Of a stretch of DNA of 64,000 nt, positions 11,462 through 21,226 are shown piece by piece. The translations under genes and the position numbers were made by a program. The DNA is from Pseudomonadota bacterium (GTDB lineage: Bacteria > Pseudomonadota > Gammaproteobacteria > Burkholderiales > Thiobacillaceae), in NCBI GenBank assembly GCA_021791095.1, contig JAJYXG010000072.1, forward strand, positions 2,992-66,991. The letters run 5' to 3'. The notes beneath the pieces were generated by a model. That model saw only the letters and a program-made list of their open reading frames with translations. It ran no database searches and was not told the DNA's origin. Position 1 is the stretch's first letter; each line of letters starts with the position of its first letter.

Positions 11462-12067
11462 TTATCGTCTATCAGGCTCGTAGGCCTTGAGAAAGGCGGC
11501 AACGGCACGATCGGCCGCCAGCGCAATCTCCTTTTCATCCGGCAAACCTTCCCGCACATGCAGCAGCAAAGGCTCAAGGAGTTCGACCTCCAACAGGGCG
11601 CGGAGTTGAGTGGCGGCAAAGTCCGCATCGTCGGCTCTCAACGCTCCAGAGGCCATGAACTTCGAAAGGAGCGCGGCCACGTGCGTCCTCAATGCGACGA
11701 TCTTGGCGAAAAACAACTTGCCGATACCCGAACGGCTCGCTTCGGCAATGCTTACGTGTCGCACCGCCACCATATCGGGTGATGCGCCGAAGCTCAGAAT
11801 CTTCTCGCCGAACTCCCGGAGCGCAGCGCCCGGGTCGGTCCCCGATGCGTCGAGTTGCGCGACGGCACCTGTGATGTAGCCCTCCACGGCCGCGGTCATG
11901 CATTCGACAAACAGCACTTCCTTGGTGGGGAAGTGGCAGTAGATCGTCGCCTTGGAACCGCCAACCTGGGTGGTTATTTCGGAAATCGACGTCCCATCAA
12001 ACCCATGCATCCGGAACAGCCGGTAAGCGGCATCCAGAATGGCTTGCCGTTTGGCATCTCTGTTCAT
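11462..12067 (-). CDS. TetR/AcrR-family regulator (paralog 2), divergent from the efflux operon
   Basis: AILDAAYRLF..GFDGTSISEI..GSKATIYCHFPTKEVLF; clearly similar to paralog 1. Confidence 0.92.
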   Translation of the reverse strand: MNRDAKRQAILDAAYRLFRMHGFDGTSISEITTQVGGSKATIYCHFPTKEVLFVECMTAAVEGYITGAVAQLDASGTDPGAALREFGEKILSFGASPDMVAVRHVSIAEASRSGIGKLFFAKIVALRTHVAALLSKFMASGALRADDADFAATQLRALLEVELLEPLLLHVREGLPDEKEIALAADRAVAAFLKAYEPDRR

Positions 12068-12088
12068 CAAGTTTTGCCCCAATAAAAA

Positions 12089-12162
12089 AACCGTACCGTT
12101 CAGTACATTTTTGCTTGACAGGCACCTATAGTCAAGTATATAAACTGTACCGTACGGTACTT
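12089..12162. promoter_or_regulatory. Putative TetR operators in the divergent promoter
   Basis: GTACCGTTCAGTAC (~12093) and perfect GTACCGTACGGTAC (~12147) flank TTGACA; a related GAACCGATCGGTAC lies near 11347. Confidence 0.7.
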
Positions 12163-12176
12163 ATTGGAGTGAAACC

Positions 12177-13658
12177 ATGAATGCAACGACTTTCCCCCCG
12201 CCCTCTAGTCGTCGGCGTGTCTTGAGCGCATTGCTGGCAGCAAGCATGGTCGCAGCCGGTGGTTGCGCCCACATACCCGACCTCGGTCCGGCGCCCGCCA
12301 CGAAGCCCGTCGAAAAGCTGGGTAACGCCCAGTCCTTTTCCGCCCCGGTTGCTGCCTGGCCGGGCGATCATTGGTGGCAGGCCTACGGCGATGCCCAACT
12401 CGATGCCCTGGTAGAGGAAGCGCTGCGCGACTCGCCGGACCTCGCACGGGCCCAGGCGCGCCTGCGCCAGGCCGGGGCGTCGGTGCAGGGTGCGGGTGCG
12501 GCACTCATGCCGGAAGTGACCGGCAACGCCTCCTTCACCCAGGAACAGCAGAGCTACAACTCCCTCATGCCGCGCGCGGCAGTGCCGCAGGACTGGAACG
12601 ACTACGGTCGGGCAACGTTGAATCTTTCCTGGGAACTGGATTTCTGGGGCAAGAACCGCTCCGCCTTGGCGGCGGCGACCTCGGAGCAACAGGCAGCCCA
12701 GGCCGAGGTGGCGCAAACCCGCTTGATCCTCTCCGCTTCGGTGGCCTCGGCCTATGCCGAGTTGCTCCACCTGTTCACGGTCCATGACAAAGCCGAAGCG
12801 GCGCTGGCCATTCGCAGCAAGACCGTTGAACTGTTCCGCCAGCGGCACGAATTCGGCTTGGAGAATCTGGCCAGCGTGCGTCAGGTCGAGGCCCGGAAAG
12901 CCTCGTCACAAGCGGAACTGCTGGCCATCGACGAACGCATCGCGCTGCAAAGGAACGGCATTGCCGCGCTGTTGGGCGCAGGGCCGGACCGCGGCCTGAC
13001 CATCGCCCGCCCGACCGCCCGCTTCTCCGGCGCCGTCGGTCTGCCGTCCAACCTGGCCCTGGAACTCCTCGGCCGGCGGCCGGACATCGTCGCGGCACGG
13101 TTGCGCACCGAAGCCGCCGCTCGGCGCATCGACCAGCAGAAGGCTGGCTTCTACCCGAGCGTGAACCTGCTGGCCTTCGCCGGCTTCCACTCCCTGGGCA
13201 TCGACAATCTGACCCGGTCGGGTTCGGACGTGGGCAGCTTCGGCCCGGCGATCTCGCTGCCCATCTTCAACACGGAACGGCTGCAGGGCCAGTTGCGCGG
13301 TGCCCGCGCCGAGTACGACGCGGCCGTAGCCAGCTACAACGGGACGCTCTCCAACGCGCTGCGCGAAGTGGCGGACGCGGTGACGAGCCGGAAGGCCCTG
13401 GATGGGGAACTGGCCGCATCCAGGGCCGCCGTCGTCGCTGCCGGCGAAGCCCACCGCATCGTCAGCATGCGCTACGAAGGCGAACTGGCCACCTACCTCG
13501 ATGTGCTGACGGCGGAAGACGCCCTTATCTCGGCCCAACGAGCCTTGGCCGACATCGAAACCCGCGCCCTGATTCTCGACGTGGCCCTGGTGCGCTCCCT
13601 GGGCGGGGGCTTTCAGGGACCAGACCTCCAACGCGTGGCCGCCGCCATCGCCAAATGA
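12177..13658 (+). CDS. Outer-membrane efflux lipoprotein (NodT/OMF family)
   Basis: Lipobox AGGC, WELDFWG, LLGRRPDI, FYPSV, LPIF, SLGGG end. Confidence 0.92.
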   Translation: MNATTFPPPSSRRRVLSALLAASMVAAGGCAHIPDLGPAPATKPVEKLGNAQSFSAPVAAWPGDHWWQAYGDAQLDALVEEALRDSPDLARAQARLRQAGASVQGAGAALMPEVTGNASFTQEQQSYNSLMPRAAVPQDWNDYGRATLNLSWELDFWGKNRSALAAATSEQQAAQAEVAQTRLILSASVASAYAELLHLFTVHDKAEAALAIRSKTVELFRQRHEFGLENLASVRQVEARKASSQAELLAIDERIALQRNGIAALLGAGPDRGLTIARPTARFSGAVGLPSNLALELLGRRPDIVAARLRTEAAARRIDQQKAGFYPSVNLLAFAGFHSLGIDNLTRSGSDVGSFGPAISLPIFNTERLQGQLRGARAEYDAAVASYNGTLSNALREVADAVTSRKALDGELAASRAAVVAAGEAHRIVSMRYEGELATYLDVLTAEDALISAQRALADIETRALILDVALVRSLGGGFQGPDLQRVAAAIAK

Positions 13659-13685
13659 ACAACTCGATCTTCAAGGAGTTTTGCC

Positions 13686-14834
13686 ATGAACGAACGTAAC
13701 GATATTTCCGTATCGACCCACAGCGAACCGGCCGACACCAATGTCAGCCGTCGGAAGCCCCTGTTTGCACTGCTCGCCCTGGGGGTGGCAGTAGCCGGAG
13801 GCGGGGGCTGGGCCTACTGGGAGCTGGTGGCTTCCAAATATGTGGAAACCGACAACGCCTATGCCGCGGTGGAGTCCGCCCAGGTGACGGCCGCCGTCGC
13901 CGGCACCATCGCCGAAGTGCGGGTGAAAGACACCCAGTCGGTGAAAAAGGGCGACATCCTGGTGGTCATCGACCCCACCGACGCCAAATTGGCCCTCGCC
14001 CAGGCGGAAGCGGACCTGGGGCGCGCCATCCGTCGGGTAAATAGCCTAGCGGCCAACGATGCCGGACTCGGTGCCCAAGTGGGCGCTCGGGAAGCGGAAG
14101 AAAAGCGCATTGCCGCTCAGTTAGCATCAGCTCAGGCGGACTTCGACAGGGCGAGGATTGATCTCGATCGTCGCGAAGCGCTGGTAGCTTCCGGCTCTGT
14201 TTCCGGCGATGAGCTGACCCGCGCCCAGAATGCCTTTGCTTCGGCCGAAGCCAACCTGAACGCGATGACGGCAGCCGTGGCGCAGGCTCGCGCCGGTCGG
14301 AACGCCGCCCTCGGTGCCAAACAGGCCAACGCCGCGCTGATCGTCGGCGTCCCCCTGGAAGAAAACCCCGAAGTGGCGCTGGCTCGCGCCCGTCGCGACC
14401 AGGCGGCGGTGGACCTGGAACGGGCCGTCATTCGCTCGCCGGTGGATGGCGTCGTCGCCCGCCGCCAGGTCCAGCTCGGCCAGCGCGTCCAGCCTTCCAC
14501 CCCGCTGCTGAACGTGGTTCCCGTGCAGGAAATGTACGTCAATGCCAACTTCAAGGAGGTTCAGCTCAGGGCCGTGCAGCCCGGCCAGAAAGTGGAACTG
14601 AGTTGCGACCTGCACGGCGACAAGATCGTCTACCACGGCGTCGTCGATGGTTTCAGCGGCGGCACCGGCGCGGCCTTCGCCCTGATTCCGGCCCAGAACG
14701 CCACCGGCAACTGGATCAAGGTGGTGCAGCGCCTGCCGGTGCGCGTCCGCCTCGATCCCGCCGAGCTGCAAGCCCATCCGCTGCGGGTCGGGTTGTCCAT
14801 GACCGCCAAGATCGACCTGCGCGGCAAGTCCTGA
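13686..14834 (+). CDS. emrA: EmrA/HlyD-family membrane fusion protein
   Basis: TDNAY, ANFKE, PAQNATGNWIKVVQRLPVR. Confidence 0.9.
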   Translation: MNERNDISVSTHSEPADTNVSRRKPLFALLALGVAVAGGGGWAYWELVASKYVETDNAYAAVESAQVTAAVAGTIAEVRVKDTQSVKKGDILVVIDPTDAKLALAQAEADLGRAIRRVNSLAANDAGLGAQVGAREAEEKRIAAQLASAQADFDRARIDLDRREALVASGSVSGDELTRAQNAFASAEANLNAMTAAVAQARAGRNAALGAKQANAALIVGVPLEENPEVALARARRDQAAVDLERAVIRSPVDGVVARRQVQLGQRVQPSTPLLNVVPVQEMYVNANFKEVQLRAVQPGQKVELSCDLHGDKIVYHGVVDGFSGGTGAAFALIPAQNATGNWIKVVQRLPVRVRLDPAELQAHPLRVGLSMTAKIDLRGKS

Positions 14835-14847
14835 ACCGGAGGACACC

Positions 14848-16395
14848 ATGTCGAACACTATGACCGCTCCGAGTGAGCAGCCCGCCCTGCACGGGGCGAT
14901 GCTGTGGGTGGGGGCCATCGTCCTGGCGCTGGCCAACTTCCTCGCCGTGCTCAACATGACCATCGCCAACGTCACCGTGCCGAACATGGCCGGGGCGCTG
15001 GGCGCCGGTACCAGCCAAGGCACCTGGATCATCACGGCCTACGCCGTGGCGGAGGCCATCACCGTGACTCTGTCCGGATGGCTGGCCGCCCGCTTCGGCG
15101 CGGTCAGGGTGTTCTCGCTGTCGGTCGTGCTGTTCGGCGTCGCCTCGCTGCTGTGCGGCCTGTCCACCTCACTGCCCATGCTGCTCGGTATGCGCGTCCT
15201 CCAGGGCATGGCCGGTGGGCCCCTGATGGCGTTGTCCCAGACCCTGCTGCTGCGCATCTTCCCGAAGGAACAGGCCATGCAGGCCATGGGGCTGTGGGCG
15301 ATGACCACGCTGCTGGCGCCCGTGGTCGGCCCGGTGCTGGGCGGGTGGATATGCGACAACTGGAGCTGGCAGTGGGTTTTCTTCATCAACGTGCCGATGG
15401 CGCTGGCCTTTGGCGCCATCGCCTGGGGCCTGCTGAAGCGCTATGAGGCGTCCCTGGTCAAGCTGCCCGTCGACAAGATCGGCTTCATCCTGCTGGTGAT
15501 CTGGGTGGCCTCCCTGCAGATCATGCTCGACGAAGGCAAGGATCTGGACTGGTTCTCCTCGGACAAGATTCGCGTCCTGGCCGCTGTCGCCGTGATCGGT
15601 TTCTTCGCCTTCCTGATCTGGGAGCTGACCGAGAAGAACCCCATCGTCGATCTGCGCGTCTTCCGCCACCGCGGCTTCTCCGCCAGCATGCTCGTGCTCG
15701 CCCTGGCTTTCGGCGCCTTCTTTGGCCTCAACGTGCTGACCCCGCTCTGGCTCCAGTACAACATGAGCTACACCACCACCTGGGCCGGGCTCGTGGTGGC
15801 TTGGGGCGGCCTGCTCTCGGTGGTCTTCTCGCCGATCTCGGCCAAGCTGGCGAACCGGTTCGACGCTCGTTGGCTGATCTTCATCGGCTGCATCTGGCTG
15901 GGGGCCGACACCCTTTGGCGGTCGGTGGCAACTACAGACATGGACTACTGGACCATCGTCATCCCGCTATTCTTCATGGGCGTCGGCATGCCCATGTACT
16001 ACGTGCCGCTGACGGGATTGGCCATGGGTTCGGTGGAGGAATCGGAGACGGCCTCGGCGGCTGGCCTGATGAACTTCGTGCGAACCATCTCCGGCGCCTT
16101 CGCCACCTCCCTGGTCACCACCGCCTGGCAGGACAAGGGCTACATCGCCCACGACCGGCTGGCCGGCATCGTCGATCCCACCGGTGAGGCCGCCGCCATG
16201 GTCGCAGGGGCACCGGAAGTGGCCGGCCAGGCGGGACGCGAACTGCTGAACGGCCTCACCACCAGCCAAAGCCTGCTGCTGGCGACAAATGATCTGATGA
16301 TCGTCATCGCCATCATCTTCTTCATCTCCGCCTTCGCCATCGCCCTGGCGCCCAAGGCGGCCCGGTCGGTGGATGCAGCCGCGATCGGACACTGA
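14848..16395 (+). CDS. emrB: DHA2-family MFS efflux permease
   Basis: TIANVTVP, QGTWIITAYAVAEAI, WVFFINVP, PIVDLRVF; about 14 TM segments. Confidence 0.9.
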   Translation: MSNTMTAPSEQPALHGAMLWVGAIVLALANFLAVLNMTIANVTVPNMAGALGAGTSQGTWIITAYAVAEAITVTLSGWLAARFGAVRVFSLSVVLFGVASLLCGLSTSLPMLLGMRVLQGMAGGPLMALSQTLLLRIFPKEQAMQAMGLWAMTTLLAPVVGPVLGGWICDNWSWQWVFFINVPMALAFGAIAWGLLKRYEASLVKLPVDKIGFILLVIWVASLQIMLDEGKDLDWFSSDKIRVLAAVAVIGFFAFLIWELTEKNPIVDLRVFRHRGFSASMLVLALAFGAFFGLNVLTPLWLQYNMSYTTTWAGLVVAWGGLLSVVFSPISAKLANRFDARWLIFIGCIWLGADTLWRSVATTDMDYWTIVIPLFFMGVGMPMYYVPLTGLAMGSVEESETASAAGLMNFVRTISGAFATSLVTTAWQDKGYIAHDRLAGIVDPTGEAAAMVAGAPEVAGQAGRELLNGLTTSQSLLLATNDLMIVIAIIFFISAFAIALAPKAARSVDAAAIGH

Positions 16396-16651
16396 AACCT
16401 TGGAGCAGAGAAGCGGTGCATTGTCCGCACCGTCCTACTTTCATACACGGACACATCCTCTCCGACGTGACCGACCAAGATGGCCGAGTTTGAGACGTTC
16501 GAGGGCCAGCGCTTATGGTCGAATACCCCATTCCCCAACCCGATGCCGGCCCAAGCCAGCACCGCAGCACAGACATAGATAAACAGGTGAAGCGGCGCGA
16601 CAACGGGGGCTTGCAATACAACTTTACTTTTCCGAAGCTGACCCCTTTCCG

Positions 16652-16746
16652 TTGCCAAGGGAAACAATGTTGAACGGGTATCGAATGCCGCATACGGCCC
16701 GAGCGGTCGGTCGTGCTGGTTACAACCAACGTCTGGTTCTCGGCCA
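16652..16746 (+). repeat. ~95-bp direct repeat, copy 2
   Basis: Matches 9225-9321. Confidence 0.9.
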
Positions 16747-16862
16747 AAGGCGACGAAGGGTTCTCAACTCACTCTGTCCGCACCGAAATTGGGACCGGAC
16801 ACTGGCTTGTATGGACAACAACGGCTGCTTTGTTAACAGCAACAGCTGTGAACGAAACCCCG

Positions 16863-16886
16863 TTTACACAGAATATCGGACAGGCC
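16863..16886 (+). mobile_element. Possible isolated IS256-family terminal inverted repeat
   Basis: TTTACACAGAATATCGGACAGGCC resembles IS256-family right ends as recalled, and sits where the RHS fragment breaks off. No transposase present. Confidence 0.45.
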
Positions 16887-17193
16887 TCTTGGCGGGGTCG
16901 TAGGCGTAGTCGTAGGCGACGACGGTCTGGTTGGCACCGTTTTTCGTCTCGGCGCGGGTGACGAGGCCGAGTGCGTCGCGGGTGTAGACAGCGGTCTGGG
17001 CGCCGGGGACGGTGCGGCTCTTGAGCTGGCCCTGGGTTTCGCCGGGGGCACCTTTTACGCCGTAGGCATAGGTCGTCGATTGGCCGGCCGCGGCCTGCAC
17101 GGGGGTCTGGCTGGAAACAAGCTGGTTGTGGACGTTCCAGGTCCTGGTCCAGACCTTGCCGTTGGGGTCGGTCTCGGTGAGTTTTCTGCCGAA
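16887..17193 (-). pseudogene. RHS/YD-repeat core fragment
   Basis: FGRKLTETDPNGKVWTRTWNVHNQL..TTYAYG..YTRDALGLVT..YDYAYDPA; no credible start and truncated at both ends. Confidence 0.8.
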
Positions 17194-17257
17194 GCGTTGT
17201 GGAAATTGATAAAGAGTGGGGAGGATAACTGTCAGATCAGGTCTGTACTTCTACATG

Positions 17258-17741
17258 TCAGGTATGAATATCCAACTCAGGCCGCAAGCCTTTCTCAATG
17301 TACTCGATCAACATGGTGTCATTGATGATCGCCAAAATTGGTAGCTTTTTTTTCTACTTCGGTCAATGGCCGATCCAGAAGAGTTTCCCTGTTCTTGCCA
17401 TCCCACAGCCCCCAGCGCTTAGCTTTTTTTGTTTCTATGTCAATCAGACCTTTCATCCTAAATAGAGGAAAAGCCTGTGCCTCGGCGGGCACGGGCACAT
17501 TGCCAACGACCTTGAAAATACCTCTCGTGAGAGCCGCGTTCAGGGGAAAGAATGTGATGAACTGCACCGGACTACGCACCAACACATCGAGTTCGTCCGG
17601 GCGTTCGGCAAACGCCCCTTCGAATATCCGCAGCAACTGACCGTACTTCGGCGGCTCGGTGTGATTATGCGTGTATTGCGCACAGGCCAAGCCCTTCTTG
17701 GTTGGAATCTCGATGATGTCGCCTATTTTTGATCGTGCCAT
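17258..17741 (-). pseudogene. Imm26-like immunity protein, frameshifted in an A8 run
   Basis: KIGDIIEIPTKKGLACAQY..YGQLLRIF..VGNVPVP. Removing one A at 17346-17353 gives EKKLPILAIINDTMLIEYIEKGLRPELDIHT*. Confidence 0.7.
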
Positions 17742-18119
17742 TCATGTTCCTTTAGTAGCCTGTTCCTTTTGAGGCTCCACAGATAACACCTTAAAAGAAA
17801 ATCTCATGCCGGCATCCTCGGCAACATGTGCCAAATGCTCCATAAATCTGCGACCTTCGCTACTTGGCTCATGCTTTGCCAGGATACTGATTTTGATAGG
17901 AGTTGCTTTGGTCACCTCAAGGCCAGTAGTTTCTCGTAATTGTTCGTACACTTCACCGCTCTCAATAAAGTCAAAGTAGCGATTGACTTTCGACTGCAAC
18001 AGGGAAAGGTGCTGTATGTCGTCCATCCAATCAAGATCATCAATGAGGGTTAGTACCACATGTCCTGAATCTTTCTCTAGCCCAAGATAATCAACTGTAT
18101 TAGTGTCTGTTAATCGCAT
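17742..18119 (-). CDS. DUF6572-like putative immunity protein
   Basis: VD.LG..VVLTLIDDLDW..HLSLLQSKVNRYFDFIESGEVYE; low GC; directly after the toxin tip. Confidence 0.7.
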   Translation of the reverse strand: MRLTDTNTVDYLGLEKDSGHVVLTLIDDLDWMDDIQHLSLLQSKVNRYFDFIESGEVYEQLRETTGLEVTKATPIKISILAKHEPSSEGRRFMEHLAHVAEDAGMRFSFKVLSVEPQKEQATKGT

Positions 18120-18129
18120 GCTTCGCCTC

Positions 18130-18756
18130 TCATGGCCGTCGGATTATGACCTGAGTTCCGGGCGGAATAACCGTACCGCCAGGAACACCTGGTTTACCCT
18201 TACCAACAACAACGCCCCCATTTTGCAGAATTTCAGGAAAACCTGAAGTTTGATTGCTCGTTAAAGGTGCAGTCGCTGAGGCCTTGCACTCCACACAGCC
18301 AATTTGGGTTCCATCCCTAGTAACGTAATCCACGCGGGTACGAGTGCCACTGGGAGTTTTGATTGTAATTTGTGGGGCGACAATTTCGTGTGTTGCCCTC
18401 AATTCAGTCCCAATGGCTTGCTCAAACGCATCGCCTGCCGCCTTGTTCGCTTGCAATACGTCAGCAGCTTTCGAGCCGAATTTTCCAGTTGTTGCTGCTG
18501 CCCCGATCACAGGTATGGCCGCGCCCAAGGAGAGTGATCCACCAAGCGCATCGCCCCGTCCATACGAAATGCCCGCGTTCAACAGATCGGCGGCGAAACC
18601 GAAGGGTTCGGTCAGACCCAGCAGGTCGAGACCGAACTGAACCTTGTCGAGCGCACCCGATCCACTCTGGCTCGGAAGTTTCTGTTGCCCCGGCGTAAAC
18701 GTCCCACCGTTGCCGCCGCCGCGCACGTCGGTTTGTATGCCTGTGTAGAAGCTCGC
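18130..18756 (-). pseudogene. Orphan polymorphic-toxin C-terminus (PT-TG-like region plus PD-(D/E)XK-like nuclease)
   Basis: LDLLGL..AADLLNAGISYGRGD..GSLSLGAAIPVIG pre-toxin helices, then GDAFE..RTRVD..VECK; in-frame stop at 18757-18759 just upstream, and no RHS core. Confidence 0.75.
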
Positions 18757-18828
18757 CTACGGCCCCATTTTTTGCCAATAACAAGCGTTCCTTTTCATGC
18801 ACCTTCGCTATCAGGACCTTTGCCTTCG

Positions 18829-21177
18829 TTAAGCGACGGCGGATCTTTCCGAATGGAGGCGAGCCGCTGCCGGGTGAGCAATACCCTCCAAATTGGTTCG
18901 CTTAAGCAGCAGCGCGTTGACGGCCACCAGCGCCGAGCTTCCGGACATGGCAAGCGCCGCAACCTCGGGGCTGATGACGAACGGATAAAACACACCGGCG
19001 GCCACCGGGAAGGCAACCACGTTGTAGGTGACTGCCCACCATAAATTCTGGTGCATCTTGGTGAGCGTGGCGCGCGACAGCGCGATCGCGCCGACCACGT
19101 CGTACGGATCGCTTTTCATCAAAACCACATCGGCGCTCTCCATGGCGACGTCGGTGCCGGCGCCGATGGCAAACCCCACGTCGGCCTGCGTCAGCGCCGG
19201 CGCGTCGTTGATGCCGTCCCCGACCATGCCGACTTTCTTGCCTTGCGTCTGCAACTCCTTGACCTTGTCGGCCTTCTGCCCGGGCAGCACGTCTGCCAGC
19301 ACGATATCGATGCCCAGCCCGGCGGCGATGCGTTCGGCCGTCGCCTGATTGTCGCCCGTAAGCATCGCCACCTGCACGCCGCGTACGCGCAATGCCTTCA
19401 CTGTCACCGCCGAGGTGGGGCGTGGGGCATCGGCAATGGCGACGAGGCCGACCAACCGGCCTCCGTGAGCGACGTGGACCACGGTCCGCCCGGCGCCCTG
19501 CATCTCGTCGGCCTTGCCATCCAGGCCACCCATGTCGATATTCTGGGTCTGCATCAGCCCGCGATTGCCCAGCAGCACCGTGCGGCCATCGACGTCTCCC
19601 CTGGCGCCTCTCCCATCAATGTTGGTGAATCCGGTTACGGGTTGAATCGCCAGGCCCCCAGCCCGCTTGAGGATCGCCTGCGCGAGGGGGTGCTCGGAGC
19701 CCATCTCCACGGCGGCGGCGAGCGCAAGGACCGCGTCTTCGTCGACACCTGGCGCCGTGGCCACATCCACCACCTCGGGCTGCCCCAGGGTGAGCGTGCC
19801 GGTCTTGTCGAAGATCACGACGTCGAGCCGGGCCGCTCCCTCAAGCGAGGCCGCGTTCTTGAACAGGATGCCATGTTTCGCCCCGAGGCCGGTTCCCACC
19901 ATCACCGCCATGGGGGTGGCGAGTCCCAGGGCGTCCGGGCAGGCGATGACGAACACGGTAATCGTCAGGGTCAGCGCAAACAGCAGCGGCTGGCCGATCC
20001 ATCCGAACCACACAGTAAAGGTCGCCAGGCCGATCACCAGTGCGATCAGCACCAGCCATTGCGAGGCGCGGTCGGCGAGCAGTTGGGCCGGCGCCTTGGA
20101 GTTCTGCGCCTCCTGCACCAGCTTGACGATCTGCGCCAACGCCGTGTCGGCGCCAACCTTGGTGGCACGGTAGACGAAGCTGCCACTCTTGTTGATGGTC
20201 GCGCCGATCACCCTGTCGCCCGGTTTCTTGGCAACCGGCATCGATTCGCCGGTGAGCATGGATTCGTCCACCTGAGACTCGCCCTCGAGCACCTCGCCGT
20301 CCACCGGAATCTTGCTGCCTGGACGAATGATGACCCTGTCGTCCACCCTAACCTCGGCAGTTGGCAGTTCGACTTCCTGCCCCTCGCGAACCACCGTGGC
20401 CCTCGGTGGGGCCAGATCGAGCAGCGTTCGGATCGCTTCGGAAGCACCCGCGCGGGCGCGCATTTCCAGCCAGTGGCCGAGCAGGATGAACACCAGCAGC
20501 ACGGCGACCGCCTCGTAGAATTGGACGCCGGCGAAGAAAAAAGTGGCGCCCACGCTGAACAGGTAGCCGGTGCCGACCGACATCACGACCAGCACGGCCA
20601 TGTTGAGCACCCCATTCCTGAGGGCGCGCCACGCGGCGACTACGAACGGCCAGGCGGGATAGATGACTGCGCAACTGGCCAGCAGGAACAGCCACAGGTT
20701 GAGTTGCAGGCCGAACGGTGGTGCGGGGGGCGCGAACATGCCGCCCATCGGCGAATAGGCGAAGACCGGCACGGTGAACGCGGTCGCGATGAGGAAGCGG
20801 TTTCGCATGTCGCGCACCATCCCCCGCATGTCCATCCCGGCACCATGGCCCATTTCGTGCGCCATGGCGTCGGCCTTTCCGGGTGGCGGTGCATGTACCG
20901 GGTGGGCTTCATGCCTAAGCGCAGGGATGGCCTCCGCTTCAGCGGCGCAGAGATGCCGGGGAATCTGCTCGCCTGCACAGTGGTAGCCGCATTCCCTGAC
21001 GCCCGCCTCGATGGCCGAAAGGCGGGTGGCGCCTTCGTCGTAGGTCACGGTGGCGCTGCCGGCCACATAGTTGACCTGGGCCGTGTGCACACCGGGAAGC
21101 CTCAGCAGTTGCTTTTCGATGCCCTGGGCGCTCAGCACGGACACCAGGCCGGACACTTCGATCGTCGCTGCTTTCAT
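18829..21177 (-). CDS. Copper-type P1B ATPase with CPD motif
   Basis: GGAGG RBS; HMA fold lacking CxxC; His/Met linker; [39 protein letters not shown]. Confidence 0.9.
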   Translation of the reverse strand: MKAATIEVSGLVSVLSAQGIEKQLLRLPGVHTAQVNYVAGSATVTYDEGATRLSAIEAGVRECGYHCAGEQIPRHLCAAEAEAIPALRHEAHPVHAPPPGKADAMAHEMGHGAGMDMRGMVRDMRNRFLIATAFTVPVFAYSPMGGMFAPPAPPFGLQLNLWLFLLASCAVIYPAWPFVVAAWRALRNGVLNMAVLVVMSVGTGYLFSVGATFFFAGVQFYEAVAVLLVFILLGHWLEMRARAGASEAIRTLLDLAPPRATVVREGQEVELPTAEVRVDDRVIIRPGSKIPVDGEVLEGESQVDESMLTGESMPVAKKPGDRVIGATINKSGSFVYRATKVGADTALAQIVKLVQEAQNSKAPAQLLADRASQWLVLIALVIGLATFTVWFGWIGQPLLFALTLTITVFVIACPDALGLATPMAVMVGTGLGAKHGILFKNAASLEGAARLDVVIFDKTGTLTLGQPEVVDVATAPGVDEDAVLALAAAVEMGSEHPLAQAILKRAGGLAIQPVTGFTNIDGRGARGDVDGRTVLLGNRGLMQTQNIDMGGLDGKADEMQGAGRTVVHVAHGGRLVGLVAIADAPRPTSAVTVKALRVRGVQVAMLTGDNQATAERIAAGLGIDIVLADVLPGQKADKVKELQTQGKKVGMVGDGINDAPALTQADVGFAIGAGTDVAMESADVVLMKSDPYDVVGAIALSRATLTKMHQNLWWAVTYNVVAFPVAAGVFYPFVISPEVAALAMSGSSALVAVNALLLKRTNLEGIAHPAAARLHSERSAVA

Positions 21178-21226
21178 GATGCCACCTCCATGACCGGGAA
21201 GCTGCCATGCCCCGCCTGCGCCGGCA

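Noticed and set aside
16400-16650. Short ORFs after emrB
   Set aside because: No RBS or recognisable motif; probably degenerate junction DNA.
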